Sequence record: MK524178.1
Length of the DNA stretch: 64,000 bases
Reading direction: 5' to 3' (one strand)
Origin: Escherichia phage PHB12
This document shows, piece after piece, positions 55,642 to 63,964 of this stretch; the first letter of the stretch is position 1, and each line of letters starts with the position of its first letter. Both the position numbers and the translations under genes were made by a program. Below the pieces are notes generated by a model. It had not been told where the DNA came from. It saw nothing but the letters and a program-made list of their open reading frames with translations, and ran no database searches.

Positions 55642-55831
55642 AAGAGTCCTTAGTTAAATTTTCTAAATATGTTTCTAAATCATTTTCAGCTTTATCGATA
55701 GATTTTACTAATTCGTAGTATGTTTCAGCATCTCCATAATCCGAAGCCAATTCAAAAGATAAATCTCGTTCTAAACCAATAATTTCGCTGATTAAAAATC
55801 GTATTTCATTCTTTTGTTCGCGAGTAATCAT
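55634..55831 (-). CDS. hypothetical protein (tk.1 position)
   Basis: 65-aa acidic ORF. Confidence 0.35.
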   Translation of the reverse strand: MITREQKNEIRFLISEIIGLERDLSFELASDYGDAETYYELVKSIDKAENDLETYLENLTKDSYG

Positions 55832-56019
55832 AAGGAATTTATATAATCAATAAGTTCTTGTTCTTTATCGTCGAAATCTTTACACAGTTCTTCATATTCA
55901 TCGGTATTAAAAGGACCGCATTCATCACAAACTTTTTCCAATTCATTGTTTTTATCCATAACTTCATGAATAAGAGAAAACAGTCTGTCTTTTTGTTCTT
56001 TGCTTAAACTCATAACCAT
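55828..56019 (-). CDS. hypothetical protein
   Basis: 63-aa acidic ORF. Confidence 0.35.
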   Translation of the reverse strand: MVMSLSKEQKDRLFSLIHEVMDKNNELEKVCDECGPFNTDEYEELCKDFDDKEQELIDYINSL

Positions 56020-56237
56020 GTCACCTTTAAGCAGTATTCTTCTACATGTTGTTTACGACCTTTCTTATCAATAAAGGTATATTCAACGAATGTTCCAATG
56101 TAGTCTTTATCTACATCATGTGGACTATTAATTGGGCATTTAGTACGACAAATGCGTTCCCATTGACGAATAATTACTGCCTTATTCTTTGGGTCGTATG
56201 GATGTGGATAATGTATATTCATAATAATGGTTCCCAA
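56010..56237 (-). CDS. hypothetical protein
   Basis: 75-aa ORF. Confidence 0.35.
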   Translation of the reverse strand: MGTIIMNIHYPHPYDPKNKAVIIRQWERICRTKCPINSPHDVDKDYIGTFVEYTFIDKKGRKQHVEEYCLKVTWL

Positions 56238-56716
56238 TCAACAATCACAATTTCTAGTTTAGTGGAATACGTATCTAAAATCTCTTCGATGACAACCCAG
56301 TTTCCACCACCGATACCTGCACCAATTCTTGGCATATAAATTACAGGCTTTGTTATCTTATTCTTTCCGAATTCATTTAATTCTATTATACAATTCATTA
56401 AAGCAAAGTACTCAAAATTAGGTCCCGGCTCAAACTGTGTATAAAGATTAAAGCAATAAGCTTTATGGGTCTTAAAATATTTTTCATAAACCGAATAAGT
56501 CCCGAGTTTAGACTCGTCTCCGAATTCGGTTTGAAGTTTATCGGCTTCTAAAATTTTTGGATAAGCCTTTGCTAATTGTCCTGCCACACCAGCGCCCATT
56601 GTATGAAAACAATTACACCCATGAGCAATATTATTACCTTTAGAAAACAGGGCGACAATATCGCCCTTGATATAGTTTTTAATCACTTGCTGCAAGTCCT
56701 CTAGTATAAGAGTCAA
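56219..56716 (-). CDS. macro-domain protein (ADP-ribose binding/hydrolase fold)
   Basis: 165 aa; GCNCFHTMGAGVAGQLAKAYP and PRIGAGIGGGNW resemble the two macro-domain glycine-rich motifs. Confidence 0.55.
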   Translation of the reverse strand: MTLILEDLQQVIKNYIKGDIVALFSKGNNIAHGCNCFHTMGAGVAGQLAKAYPKILEADKLQTEFGDESKLGTYSVYEKYFKTHKAYCFNLYTQFEPGPNFEYFALMNCIIELNEFGKNKITKPVIYMPRIGAGIGGGNWVVIEEILDTYSTKLEIVIVDWEPLL

Positions 56717-57026
56717 CTAGACGGTCCACCATAGAATTGCATGCTGCCTTATCTTTAGGTTCCGCCACCGAGCATTCTAATATTTGCCATTTTTTATGAT
56801 ATCGTTTAATTAAGGTAGACGCCTTGAACCTACTAGACGCCCCATCTTTTTCTCCGTCTTTATATGCGTATAACAATTTTTGTGAAAAATCTACTTTACA
56901 CTCTTGACTTTTACCACAATAATCAGATGCCGTTCTGTTTGTATACTCCGTTACATCAGTATATGTAGTATTAGCAAGAGCGTTAAATGAAACCAAGCCA
57001 ACTATTAAAGCCAACATTTTGGTCAT
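56679..57026 (-). CDS. secreted protein
   Basis: 115 aa with N-terminal signal peptide; four Cys. Confidence 0.4.
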   Translation of the reverse strand: MTKMLALIVGLVSFNALANTTYTDVTEYTNRTASDYCGKSQECKVDFSQKLLYAYKDGEKDGASSRFKASTLIKRYHKKWQILECSVAEPKDKAACNSMVDRLVDSYTRGLAASD

Positions 57027-57565
57027 TCTTTTATTTCCAGTAGTTTATTTGATTTAAGGTAATTAGCCTTTTCTAGGACTTCAGAAGCATATTTACTTCC
57101 AGCACTTGTCTTCCATCCCGCATTATATGAGGATATAGCTTTTCTTATATCCCCGTTATGTATATTTAACCAATAAGAAAATTCGATATAAGCCCATCTG
57201 GCTGAATTAGACCGCTTAGATAGCATTTTCTTAATTTGGGCATCAGTCATATTATAACCAAGCTGGTTAATTCTTGCCCTCATTGTCGGTAGATAATTTT
57301 GGAACATTCCATACGCATGGTGACCTTTCTTATCTTTAAGATTAATACCGGCAGATGATTCCTGCCATAGTATTGCGGCCATTATGTATCCAAGTCCTTT
57401 CTTATGCATATTTTCATGCGTTTTAAATTTTCCATCCTTAGAAAACTGTTCCCCAAACTGATAAGCATAATTCAAGTTATCGAGTTGGACATTACTAAAA
57501 GTATGCTCGGAGCTATGTGCTGATAACGAAAGAGCAAATAGACCAGCGAGTAGTGCTTTTCTCAT
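57023..57565 (-). CDS. secreted lytic-transglycosylase-like protein (SLT domain)
   Basis: Signal peptide MRKALLAGLFALSLSA; WQESS, AYGMFQ, SSYNAGW motifs. Confidence 0.55.
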   Translation of the reverse strand: MRKALLAGLFALSLSAHSSEHTFSNVQLDNLNYAYQFGEQFSKDGKFKTHENMHKKGLGYIMAAILWQESSAGINLKDKKGHHAYGMFQNYLPTMRARINQLGYNMTDAQIKKMLSKRSNSARWAYIEFSYWLNIHNGDIRKAISSYNAGWKTSAGSKYASEVLEKANYLKSNKLLEIKE

Positions 57566-57573
57566 GTTTACCT

Positions 57574-58032
57574 CTAGATTTTAATCACTGCTTTAGAAGC
57601 TTTTCCTGGTAGTCGTTTATTGTTAATAATAGCCATTCTGCATTGAAGAGTCTTCATTTTGAATGCTGGATTTTCACGACAAACTGTAAGTCCTAACCAA
57701 AGATTTCCATCAGTTATTTCTAAACGGCCTGGGCGATATTCGACACCTTCGACAAAATCTTCATCAACATCTGGACGGGCCGGCATTGATAAAAATTCTG
57801 CAACTTCTTTAACATGATTTTTTACTTTACGAAATAATTCAAAAACGTAGTTCTCATCTATTTCTCTCTGGATGGCACGATCTAAGAGATGTTGAGAATA
57901 CTTGATATGAAAGCCTGGTAGTCCAAGAGACTTTGCAGCATCTTTTATACCGGCATTTATTTTGCGGAACTCCGTTTCAAAGATTCGACGGAGTTTATTA
58001 CGGCGGATAAAAACGTCTGAATTGATAGTCAT
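57574..58032 (-). CDS. regB: endoribonuclease RegB
   Basis: 152 aa; FIRRNKLRR.FE.EFR.IN, YSQHLLDRAIQREIDE, GRLEITDGNLWLG match T4 RegB. Confidence 0.85.
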   Translation of the reverse strand: MTINSDVFIRRNKLRRIFETEFRKINAGIKDAAKSLGLPGFHIKYSQHLLDRAIQREIDENYVFELFRKVKNHVKEVAEFLSMPARPDVDEDFVEGVEYRPGRLEITDGNLWLGLTVCRENPAFKMKTLQCRMAIINNKRLPGKASKAVIKI

Positions 58033-58060
58033 TTTGATTTCTCCTCTAGTTGACAGGTCT

Positions 58061-58089
58061 ATAGTAACACAACTAGAGGAGAAGTAAAC
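58061..58089 (-). promoter_or_regulatory. early promoter for regB (GTTTAC / TACTAT) nested in 12-bp inverted repeat
   Basis: Arms ctcctctagttg (58041-58052) and caactagaggag (58070-58081); downstream arm holds the RBS GAGGAG. Confidence 0.55.
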
Positions 58090-58093
58090 TACT

Positions 58094-58309
58094 TTATTGA
58101 TAAAATGGAGTTAAAGCCCAAGATTCTTTAGATACCATGTTGGCGAAATGCCTCATCTCTTCGATTTGGCGACGACGCTGGTCAGCATAGTCTTCTTCGC
58201 CTTCTTCCTTACAATCTTCAAGGTCTTCTTCAAGATACTTTAAGTATTCACTACAAATTTTGTTGACCTTTTCTTGAAAGTCCAATAACCCAGTAATAGT
58301 AGAAGCCAT
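58094..58309 (-). CDS. hypothetical acidic protein
   Basis: 71-aa ORF. Confidence 0.35.
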   Translation of the reverse strand: MASTITGLLDFQEKVNKICSEYLKYLEEDLEDCKEEGEEDYADQRRRQIEEMRHFANMVSKESWALTPFYQ

Positions 58310-58575
58310 TAGTATTTTTCCTCAGGTCGAAATACTGCACGACATGCCCACATGCTGGCTTCTTTTAGATGTTGCTTAGCATACTTAAGAGCCTGCACTG
58401 CATCCATATCTTCTTTGGTTTGTTGCTCTGATTCATTTTCTTTCAAGATATATGCTTCTTCAATCAGAGCATCAAACATCAATCCAAGACGGACTTCTGC
58501 ATCTTTAATAGCGTTCACTTTACTGATTTTATCATCGGTATGCGGCTTGTAGCCTTTGATGTCTTCAATCGACAT
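58309..58575 (-). CDS. hypothetical protein
   Basis: Start at MSIEDIKGYK after GAGGAAA; the track's longer N-terminus is out-of-frame overlap. Confidence 0.4.
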   Translation of the reverse strand: MSIEDIKGYKPHTDDKISKVNAIKDAEVRLGLMFDALIEEAYILKENESEQQTKEDMDAVQALKYAKQHLKEASMWACRAVFRPEEKY

Positions 58576-58789
58576 AAGGAATTTCCTCATCGGTGGCAAG
58601 GTCATATTCGACCAATTGGATAGGCTCGTTAATACCATATCCACGTACAGTGATATCGGTTGTCGGATATTTTCCAGTAATATCACCCATTCTAAATGCT
58701 TCAGTGAATGATTGCTCGCCTGAGCAACTAAACCAGGCGGCAAAACATTTTAAAACATCTTCAGACCCTTCTATAATCAATTTAGCCAT
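58565..58789 (-). CDS. hypothetical protein
   Basis: 74-aa ORF. Confidence 0.35.
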   Translation of the reverse strand: MAKLIIEGSEDVLKCFAAWFSCSGEQSFTEAFRMGDITGKYPTTDITVRGYGINEPIQLVEYDLATDEEIPYVD

Positions 58790-59151
58790 TATAGACTCTC
58801 AGTAAAGGTACGAGCGATAACGTCGCGTTGCTGTTCTGGAGTCAGAGAGTTAAAGCGAACTGCATAACCGGATACACGGATGGTCAGCTGTGGATATTTT
58901 TCCGGATGCTTAACTGCATCTTCCAGAGTTTCACGACGCAGAACGTTAACGTTCAGATGTTGACCACCTTCAATTTTAACTTTAGGTTGATGTTCAATTT
59001 CAATTTCACGGGCATTCAAACCGTAGAAAATTTCCGGGTCTACAATAGCGTCTTCTTTAAAAGTCTTAGAGACGATAATCCGGGCTTGAGTACCGTCTTC
59101 AAAATAAATAGTGCCTTTATGTGCACCTTCAAGAATTTGATATGCTTTCAT
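58789..59151 (-). CDS. autonomous glycyl radical cofactor (GrcA/YfiD-like)
   Basis: 120 aa; C-terminal [56 protein letters not shown] is the glycyl-radical domain of PFL/GrcA (radical Gly in RVSGYAV). Confidence 0.8.
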   Translation of the reverse strand: MKAYQILEGAHKGTIYFEDGTQARIIVSKTFKEDAIVDPEIFYGLNAREIEIEHQPKVKIEGGQHLNVNVLRRETLEDAVKHPEKYPQLTIRVSGYAVRFNSLTPEQQRDVIARTFTESL

Positions 59152-59157
59152 ATAACC

Positions 59158-59466
59158 TCAATTAGAAAATAAATTTATCCAAGATTTTTCTTTAATCAAA
59201 AATGGGTCGGAATTAAACGCCATTAAACTTTGAGTGATTAATCCCTTAAATGGCCCATCAATAAATTCCATTTTGAAATGTGGAATACTAGTCATCAACC
59301 GTGCATTAGGAGCAGTACAAAGAACGTGCTGCCCTGCGAACGGACCTTTAGTCAAACGATATCGTTTAGGTTTAAAATGGTAAATCTCGTAATTTTCTAC
59401 AAGAGCCCTTTTATTGCATACTGGGCTGTTATAACAATACTCAAAAACTTCAATAGTGGTCATCAT
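59158..59466 (-). CDS. hypothetical protein
   Basis: Start at MMTTIEVFEY. Confidence 0.4.
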   Translation of the reverse strand: MMTTIEVFEYCYNSPVCNKRALVENYEIYHFKPKRYRLTKGPFAGQHVLCTAPNARLMTSIPHFKMEFIDGPFKGLITQSLMAFNSDPFLIKEKSWINLFSN

Positions 59467-60002
59467 TGCATTCCAATCACAAAAAATTGAGGACGAGCAA
59501 TACCGCCGATGCAATATTTGCTTTTGCAGCAGTGCTGTACTGATTTAATATGGACATTGTAAATCTTATCCATATCAGGAGCTTTAATAGGCTCGTCAAT
59601 TATATACAGAATACGAGAAAGCGTTAATCCACGGAATTTAGAACCTTCATTGCCAATAAAACTACGGACAGAATCAGTAAATAAACGGAATCGAATATCA
59701 TCGCTAGAATAACGAGAAAATTCTTTTTTAATGTTGCCAACAGAAATTTTAGCATAAGCTGAAGTATTAGAAAGAACAATAACTGTTCCACCGTCGTACA
59801 GCCAATTAACAGCAAAATTAGTTACTGCGGTCGATTTACCTGATTGTCTGCCGCCGTCTAAACGAAGTGTACAGTACTGCTTGAGTACGTCTTCAAATGG
59901 CGGGATATAACCATTCTTACAAATTTCTTCTACTCTAGCATCAGAATGGTGTGTAAAAGCATTCATCAGGGATAGATAAGGTCCGGTTAAAAATGTTCTC
60001 AT
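59463..60002 (-). CDS. small P-loop NTPase
   Basis: 179 aa; Walker A GGRQSGKST, Walker B ILYIIDEP. Confidence 0.45.
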   Translation of the reverse strand: MRTFLTGPYLSLMNAFTHHSDARVEEICKNGYIPPFEDVLKQYCTLRLDGGRQSGKSTAVTNFAVNWLYDGGTVIVLSNTSAYAKISVGNIKKEFSRYSSDDIRFRLFTDSVRSFIGNEGSKFRGLTLSRILYIIDEPIKAPDMDKIYNVHIKSVQHCCKSKYCIGGIARPQFFVIGMQ

Positions 60003-60243
60003 TTAGTTTCTCTTTTAGGTTGGGCTGTTCCGTGGCACATGAATTGTCCATTTCTGTATTTACCCATTACCGCACTTGGGCTCGACCTTATTACAGGTTG
60101 GCGGGAATCCCTCATAGAATCATGAGGTCCAGGTTGTTCCCATGTTATTTGAATGTAAATATTTTTGCCTTAATACTTATACCAGTGTGGCTTCATTAAA
60201 ATTTTTTCATCGAGTCATTTTACCTCTCCAAGTAATTATGAAT

Positions 60244-60273
60244 ATACTATCACAATTTTAGGAGAAAGTAAAC
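60244..60273 (-). promoter_or_regulatory. early promoter-like element heading a ~250-nt untranslated leader
   Basis: GTTTACtttctcctaaaattgtgATAGTAT; next sizeable ORF starts at 60002. Confidence 0.45.
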
Positions 60274-60275
60274 TG

Positions 60276-60578
60276 TTATTTACCTTTAATTACTTTAGCT
60301 GCTTCGATAGCCGCTTGCTGAAGGTCGTCCATAGACATACCGAATTTAGAAGCAAAGTTATCAATTTTCTTTTCGACAGCATTCAAAGGCTTGGCCTGTT
60401 TACCTTCATTAGCGCCAGGAAGAGCGAGAATACGCTCTTTGTCAATATAAAGGCTTACAAGTTTCTTACGGTCTTTATCGGATAAATCATGAAATGAATG
60501 GGCCTTTTTATTTATAGCGGCTTCTAATTTACCTGCACTCACTCGCGCTTCAGTAATAAATTCTTGATATGTTTTCAT
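60276..60578 (-). CDS. ipII: internal protein II (capsid-targeted)
   Basis: 100 aa; capsid targeting sequence MKTYQEFITEA. Confidence 0.7.
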   Translation of the reverse strand: MKTYQEFITEARVSAGKLEAAINKKAHSFHDLSDKDRKKLVSLYIDKERILALPGANEGKQAKPLNAVEKKIDNFASKFGMSMDDLQQAAIEAAKVIKGK

Positions 60579-60619
60579 ATGTTTCCTTTAAATGTAAATA
60601 GGCCTAAGTATCGGCCTTA

Positions 60620-61198
60620 TTAATTACCACGGGCTGCATTAGCAACGGCATAAGCGTACTGAACATTAGCGTCTTTAAACGTACCTTTAGAGGTGTCTAT
60701 TTCTGCCTTAAAGCCGCCTTTAGCCATAACATCGGCAAATTCTTTACGGAAGGCCATTGCATCAAGACCCTTCCATGATGATTTATGCTTGGCAAATTCA
60801 AGACCTGCGAAGTTGACAGCTTTAGCCAATTTATTATCAATGACCCATTTACCGGCTTTAGGCACAAACTTCGGGCCTTTTTGTTTAGAGAACAGTTTTA
60901 AATTCCAGCGACGAAGATCACTGTCGGCTTTAACAAAAGCTGCGTCTAAGTTACTAGCAACAACATCTTCAATATGAGCAAATTTAAGTCCGTCAACTTC
61001 AATATTTAGATCGTTACGCCAGCGAAGTCCTTCCCAAGCGAAGGCTTTAAAATCAGAAGCTTTTGTGGCTAGATATCGTTCAAGTGGAGCAGTTTTAGGG
61101 TCGAAGCCGTTTCCACCACGATAAGTCCACTCGTCCTTATTAATGCCTTGAGCTTTTCCTGCAAAGGCCTCGGCGATAAATTCTTTATATGTTTTCAT
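60620..61198 (-). CDS. ipIII: internal protein III (capsid-targeted)
   Basis: 192 aa; capsid targeting sequence MKTYKEFIAEA. Confidence 0.7.
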   Translation of the reverse strand: MKTYKEFIAEAFAGKAQGINKDEWTYRGGNGFDPKTAPLERYLATKASDFKAFAWEGLRWRNDLNIEVDGLKFAHIEDVVASNLDAAFVKADSDLRRWNLKLFSKQKGPKFVPKAGKWVIDNKLAKAVNFAGLEFAKHKSSWKGLDAMAFRKEFADVMAKGGFKAEIDTSKGTFKDANVQYAYAVANAARGN

Positions 61199-61228
61199 TT
61201 TTGTTTCCTTGTTTGTTTTGATAGAGTA

Positions 61229-61258
61229 ATTATACCATATTAATACTTAAGCGTAAAC
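61229..61258 (-). promoter_or_regulatory. early promoter for ipIII (GTTTAC / TATAAT)
   Basis: GTTTACgcttaagtattaatatggTATAAT. Confidence 0.5.
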
Positions 61259-61261
61259 TGT

Positions 61262-61522
61262 TTAAGCTTTACCGCCGGAAATAATTCCGAAGTTGTTAAA
61301 ATCGTATCCAATATCGTCGACATCTACTTTAGGGCTTGCTACAACATAAGCAATTTCACTACGTTTTGCATAGGTGTTGATTTCTTTACCATCGCCACCT
61401 AAGAAAGAATACCCATTACGTTTTAATGAGCCAAAGTCTTCCGCATCACCAATGAAAGCTTTAACTTTAAATTTGGGGTCTTTGGCATCTGCTTCAATGA
61501 TAAATTCTTGATACATTTTCAT
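61262..61522 (-). CDS. internal-protein-like ORF with capsid targeting sequence
   Basis: 86 aa; MKMYQEFIIEA then unrelated cargo. Confidence 0.55.
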   Translation of the reverse strand: MKMYQEFIIEADAKDPKFKVKAFIGDAEDFGSLKRNGYSFLGGDGKEINTYAKRSEIAYVVASPKVDVDDIGYDFNNFGIISGGKA

Positions 61523-61530
61523 TTTTTTCC

Positions 61531-61944
61531 TTAGTAAATTGATTTACCATAGTATTTGTACCAAGTCGGACGTTGAGCAATTTTTTCATCTAAGCGTGCT
61601 TGACTTATCGCAATGGACGCTTCGGACGGGACGTAATTATTACGAAATTCTACAGGAATGTCGGAAATATCCTGGACTGTCGTGTCCTTGATTTTGAAAC
61701 CACGTTTCAAACATTCGGTGATTAGCTCGATTTGACGTAAACGTAAAAATTCGAGTTTGTCGTAAAAGAATGTTACGTGACCTGTGCCTAAGATAAATGT
61801 TGGAGAGATTTTAAAATCTTTTACACGTTTACCGTTTTGAACATGTTTACGGACTGCACCAAATACGCGTGGTAATTCACGATACTCAGCCATAAGATGT
61901 TGGTCGGTCAGTTCGGAAACGAGTGTTAAATTGATACGAGTCAT
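61531..61944 (-). CDS. denV: endonuclease V (pyrimidine dimer DNA glycosylase)
   Basis: Start at [34 protein letters not shown]; near-identical to T4 DenV over its length. Confidence 0.9.
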   Translation of the reverse strand: MTRINLTLVSELTDQHLMAEYRELPRVFGAVRKHVQNGKRVKDFKISPTFILGTGHVTFFYDKLEFLRLRQIELITECLKRGFKIKDTTVQDISDIPVEFRNNYVPSEASIAISQARLDEKIAQRPTWYKYYGKSIY

Positions 61945-61971
61945 AATTTCCTCCAAGTAGTTGATGAATGT

Positions 61972-62001
61972 ATAGTATCAAAGTCCTTGGAGGAAGTAAA
62001 C
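61972..62001 (-). promoter_or_regulatory. early promoter for denV nested in 8-bp inverted repeat
   Basis: GTTTAC at 61996-62001; arms CCTCCAAG / CTTGGAGG at 61950-61957 and 61986-61993, downstream arm holds the RBS GGAGG. Confidence 0.5.
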
Positions 62002-62002
62002 A

Positions 62003-62284
62003 CTATTTTTCTGAAGCGCCCGAAATATATTTTTCAAGACGTTGTTTCATCAGCGAGCCGTTCTTAGCGATTTCTTCCGGTTTATCGCACATACGCAACA
62101 AGGCTTCAAGCTTAACGATATCACTGGTACGTTCAAATTTGCGAGTATCTATCTTACTAGCAAGTTCAGAAATACGTGCTAATAGACTTTCAGCTTCAAC
62201 CAAAGCTGCACCTAGCTTAGTTGCAAATGTGTCAGTAGCTTCGTTAAGAATAGATTCTGATAAAAATTCACTATATGTTTTCAT
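62003..62284 (-). CDS. internal-protein-like ORF with capsid targeting sequence
   Basis: Start at [11 protein letters not shown]; ATG overlaps lysozyme stop (ATGA). Confidence 0.5.
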   Translation of the reverse strand: MKTYSEFLSESILNEATDTFATKLGAALVEAESLLARISELASKIDTRKFERTSDIVKLEALLRMCDKPEEIAKNGSLMKQRLEKYISGASEK

Positions 62285-62769
62285 ATATACGCTTTCCAAG
62301 TTCCTGTTTTAAATGTTGAGATTACGCGTTTCGCGCGATTAGGTGTCTGACGATACCATTTAGATTGGGCTAGATTTACTGCCGCTTCGTCCCAACGTTT
62401 CTGTTGAAGCATACGAAGAGAATTAGTAAAACCAGCGACGCCTGCTACACCCATTTGGAAGACCATATTGACCAATGCACATCGACGAACTGCATCTAAA
62501 GAATCATATACCGGTTTAAGTTTAGCATTACCCAAGATTCCGCGAACGGCTTTATCAACGTCTTCATTAAATAGCTTTTCAGCCTCATCAAGGGTAATTG
62601 TACCGTTGCATTTACGTCCGATCATTCTGTCAAGTTCAGCTTTAGCTACGGCTAAAGACGGGTTCTTTGTTACTAAATGGCCTATGCCAATCGTCCAAAA
62701 GCCTTCAGTGTCTTTGTATAAAGACAGTCTAAGACCTTCGTCATTACGAAGCATTTCAAATATATTCAT
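62281..62769 (-). CDS. e: lysozyme (endolysin)
   Basis: [32 protein letters not shown]... near-identical to T4 lysozyme; catalytic E11, D20, T26 conserved. Confidence 0.9.
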   Translation of the reverse strand: MNIFEMLRNDEGLRLSLYKDTEGFWTIGIGHLVTKNPSLAVAKAELDRMIGRKCNGTITLDEAEKLFNEDVDKAVRGILGNAKLKPVYDSLDAVRRCALVNMVFQMGVAGVAGFTNSLRMLQQKRWDEAAVNLAQSKWYRQTPNRAKRVISTFKTGTWKAYI

Positions 62770-62772
62770 AAT

Positions 62773-62794
62773 ACCTCCCACGTTTATAGGAGGT
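62773..62794 (-). promoter_or_regulatory. lysozyme RBS-sequestering hairpin with late-promoter-like box in loop
   Basis: Minus strand ACCTCC-TATAAACGTG-GGAGGT-ATT-ATG; downstream arm is the RBS. Confidence 0.6.
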
Positions 62795-62803
62795 ATTTAT
62801 TAC

Positions 62804-63262
62804 TTATAAGAGGGTAGTGAGCACCTTATATAATGATTTGCCCATTACATATTCCCATTGAGAAGGTTTAATTAAAGCGAATGCATCAAATTCAGGAATC
62901 TGTCGTCCATCCGGGAACGTATGATAGGAATTACAAACACTGTTTCTGAATTGCTCGTGCTCTACAGGGATGGTATATAAGAACAGATGAATATTCTTAT
63001 TGTCTGAGTAATGATGTTCACCTAGGTCTTTCAGGAAGGCAGGGTCATATTGTGTAAACCCAGTTTCTTCTTCGCATTCACGAATAGCGGCTTCGATAGG
63101 AGATTCACCGGGCTCGACACGACCTTTAGGAATATCCCACCGATGAGCTAATGCACCTTTAGGACGAGAACCAGTTACACGGCCCATGAATAACTCTTTA
63201 TCTTCGGTAAGGAAAATAATACCGGCTGATAGTTCTTTCACTTTATTTTTCTTACTCATCAT
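62804..63262 (-). CDS. nudE: Nudix hydrolase
   Basis: 152 aa; Nudix box GRVEPGESPIEAAIRECEEETGF. Confidence 0.85.
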   Translation of the reverse strand: MMSKKNKVKELSAGIIFLTEDKELFMGRVTGSRPKGALAHRWDIPKGRVEPGESPIEAAIRECEEETGFTQYDPAFLKDLGEHHYSDNKNIHLFLYTIPVEHEQFRNSVCNSYHTFPDGRQIPEFDAFALIKPSQWEYVMGKSLYKVLTTLL

Positions 63263-63503
63263 CTCGGTCCCATGATTTGGCCATTAATTCGGACATAAAT
63301 TCTTCAATGCGCGTTTCTTTAGATGGACTTTCACTATTAGAGACCGCAAGTTTGTAATCTGCAATAGGACAGAACATATCAAGGTCCATATTAAGGTCGT
63401 CTTTGATTTTTTCTTCTGACACATCTTTATCGTATGTGTACAGATAACTATCACATGATTCTGATTTAATGTAAATTGCTATACTCATCTCAAATTCCTG
63501 CAT
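63252..63503 (-). CDS. hypothetical acidic protein
   Basis: 83-aa ORF. Confidence 0.4.
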   Translation of the reverse strand: MQEFEMSIAIYIKSESCDSYLYTYDKDVSEEKIKDDLNMDLDMFCPIADYKLAVSNSESPSKETRIEEFMSELMAKSWDRDDE

Positions 63504-63964
63504 TCGGTAATAAAACGTTCAACTTCATTATTCTTGGCTTTTATCTTGTCTTTATGTTCTTGTAAACTACTTTTAATAAGATTAATAATGATGGCGGCGG
63601 TACCGCCGCCAATGATGCCACCAACAACGCTTATGATACTAGATGCTAATAAGATAGCAATAATATCAACAAAACCGAAAGAACTCACCTTAGTACTGAA
63701 AAACCATATAGATGGTACAAATATAATCCATCCTGTTATCCATTGGCACTTATTGAAAAACTTTTCAAGCTCAGCTTGAGTTGTTCGTATTACTTCATCG
63801 ATAGGTTGATATCCATTAATGTATCTGTTCACGATAATACCTGCTGGCTGGTCGATTTTAAATTCTTGGCAAATATGTTTCACTAAGTAGGATGGACATC
63901 CTGTCCAATCTACTGAATAGTATGAAATACCTTCATTGCCATCGTCTATATTATTGTTAATCAT
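63485..63964 (-). CDS. membrane protein
   Basis: 159 aa with glycine-rich TM segment VVGGIIGGGTAAIII. Confidence 0.4.
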   Translation of the reverse strand: MINNNIDDGNEGISYYSVDWTGCPSYLVKHICQEFKIDQPAGIIVNRYINGYQPIDEVIRTTQAELEKFFNKCQWITGWIIFVPSIWFFSTKVSSFGFVDIIAILLASSIISVVGGIIGGGTAAIIINLIKSSLQEHKDKIKAKNNEVERFITECRNLR

